The position numbers and the translations under genes are program-made. Below the pieces are notes generated by a model that saw only the letters and a list, made by a program, of their open reading frames with translations, was not told the origin of the DNA and did not search any database. Below, one piece after another: positions 63,411 through 64,000 of a stretch of DNA of 64,000 nucleotides (position 1 is its first letter; every line of letters starts with the position of its first letter). The DNA comes from Burkholderiales bacterium (lineage in GTDB: Bacteria > Pseudomonadota > Gammaproteobacteria > Burkholderiales > Eutrophovitaceae): NCBI GenBank assembly GCA_035560005.1, contig DATMAN010000038.1:4009-68008 (forward strand), in the 5' to 3' direction.

Positions 63411-64000
63411 CAGAACTTTCCGTACTTCAGGTAGGCTTCCTGCGGGTCCATCCCGCCCAGAATCGCGGTGCGCACCTTGTTCTCGGTGCGGACCACTTCT
63501 TCGGTCCTGGCGACGACTTCGCGAGCGGCTTTCCCGGGGATGACCACGACGCCGTCGCGGTCGCCGAGGATGTAGTCGCCGGAACAGACCGTGACCTCGC
63601 CGATCGTCACCGGCTCGCCGAGCCGGTCGGGTATCCAGCGCCCAACGATGTCGACTGGCGTGGTGAAGCTGCAGAACACGGGGAAACCGAGTTGCAGGAT
63701 GAACTCGACGTCGCGGCAGCCGCCGTCGACTACGTAGCCGCGCACCCCCTTGCGGTGCAGGGTCTCGGCGGACAACTCACCCATCAGCGCGACCCTGTGC
63801 GTGTTGGGCTGACACACCAGCACCTTGCCGGCGGGCGCTTTCGACAGCAGCCCGGTCCATTGCACCAGCGTGTCGTGCGCTTCCCGCGTCTGGTCGATGT
63901 GGCCGCTGACCGTGTACACCTCGCCAGCCACCTTCTTCGCCGGATCGAGCGCCTTGATCGCCGGCGGGAGCACGCAGCGCCCGTGCCCCATCGCCCGCAG
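63410..64000 (-). CDS. RraA-family protein (HMG/CHA aldolase-like), 5' end may run off the window
   Basis: ALMGELSAETLHRKGVRGYVVDGGCRD and GDYILGDRDGVVVIP are RraA-family signatures. Confidence 0.65.
   Translation of the reverse strand: MRAMGHGRCVLPPAIKALDPAKKVAGEVYTVSGHIDQTREAHDTLVQWTGLLSKAPAGKVLVCQPNTHRVALMGELSAETLHRKGVRGYVVDGGCRDVEFILQLGFPVFCSFTTPVDIVGRWIPDRLGEPVTIGEVTVCSGDYILGDRDGVVVIPGKAAREVVARTEEVVRTENKVRTAILGGMDPQEAYLKYGKF

Overview
This is a GC-rich, gene-dense proteobacterial chromosomal segment, read by eye only, with homology calls made from remembered motifs. Most of it is an anaerobic/denitrification island.

**Gene content, in window order**
- A hemerythrin-DUF2249-membrane protein operon.
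- ctaA, divergent from a ba3-like haem-copper oxidase (HCO) operon: small TM subunit, CuA subunit II, subunit I, ctaB and an SCO1-family protein. Subunit I lacks the cross-linked Tyr (HSSQQ), which suggests an eNOR/sNOR-type NO reductase.
- A four-gene module: two di-haem cytochrome b fusion proteins (one with 2Fe-2S plus an FNR-type reductase, one with two 4Fe-4S motifs plus an MvhD-like domain), a small TM protein, and an orphan HCO-subunit-I-like protein.
- ubiU-ubiV-ubiT (O2-independent ubiquinone synthesis).
- nrdD and nrdG, nnrS, and pqqA-pqqD-pqqE.
- A full nirS-M-C-F-DL-G-H-J-N cluster, with nirE and a Dnr-type regulator divergent from it.
- egtD-egtB.
- An RDD-SpoIIM-DUF4129-DUF4350-MoxR-DUF58 module.

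**Main second-look items**
1. The cytochrome b fusions plus orphan HCO-like module.
2. nrdD is split: its glycyl-radical C-terminus is a separate 56-codon ORF, 2.3 kb downstream of the main body. The intervening segment carries a B12-binding radical SAM gene flanked by palindromic repeats.
3. A family of roughly 150-225 bp palindromic elements, about 11 copies or remnants. Their arms are made of short tandem units. Most intact copies begin within about 10 nt of a stop codon, and some overlap coding ends (NirN and NirF N-termini, NirC C-terminus).
4. Nine FNR/Dnr-type TTGAT-N4-ATCAA boxes sit in front of most of these units.

I recognised no rRNA, tRNA, CRISPR array, transposase or integrase gene.
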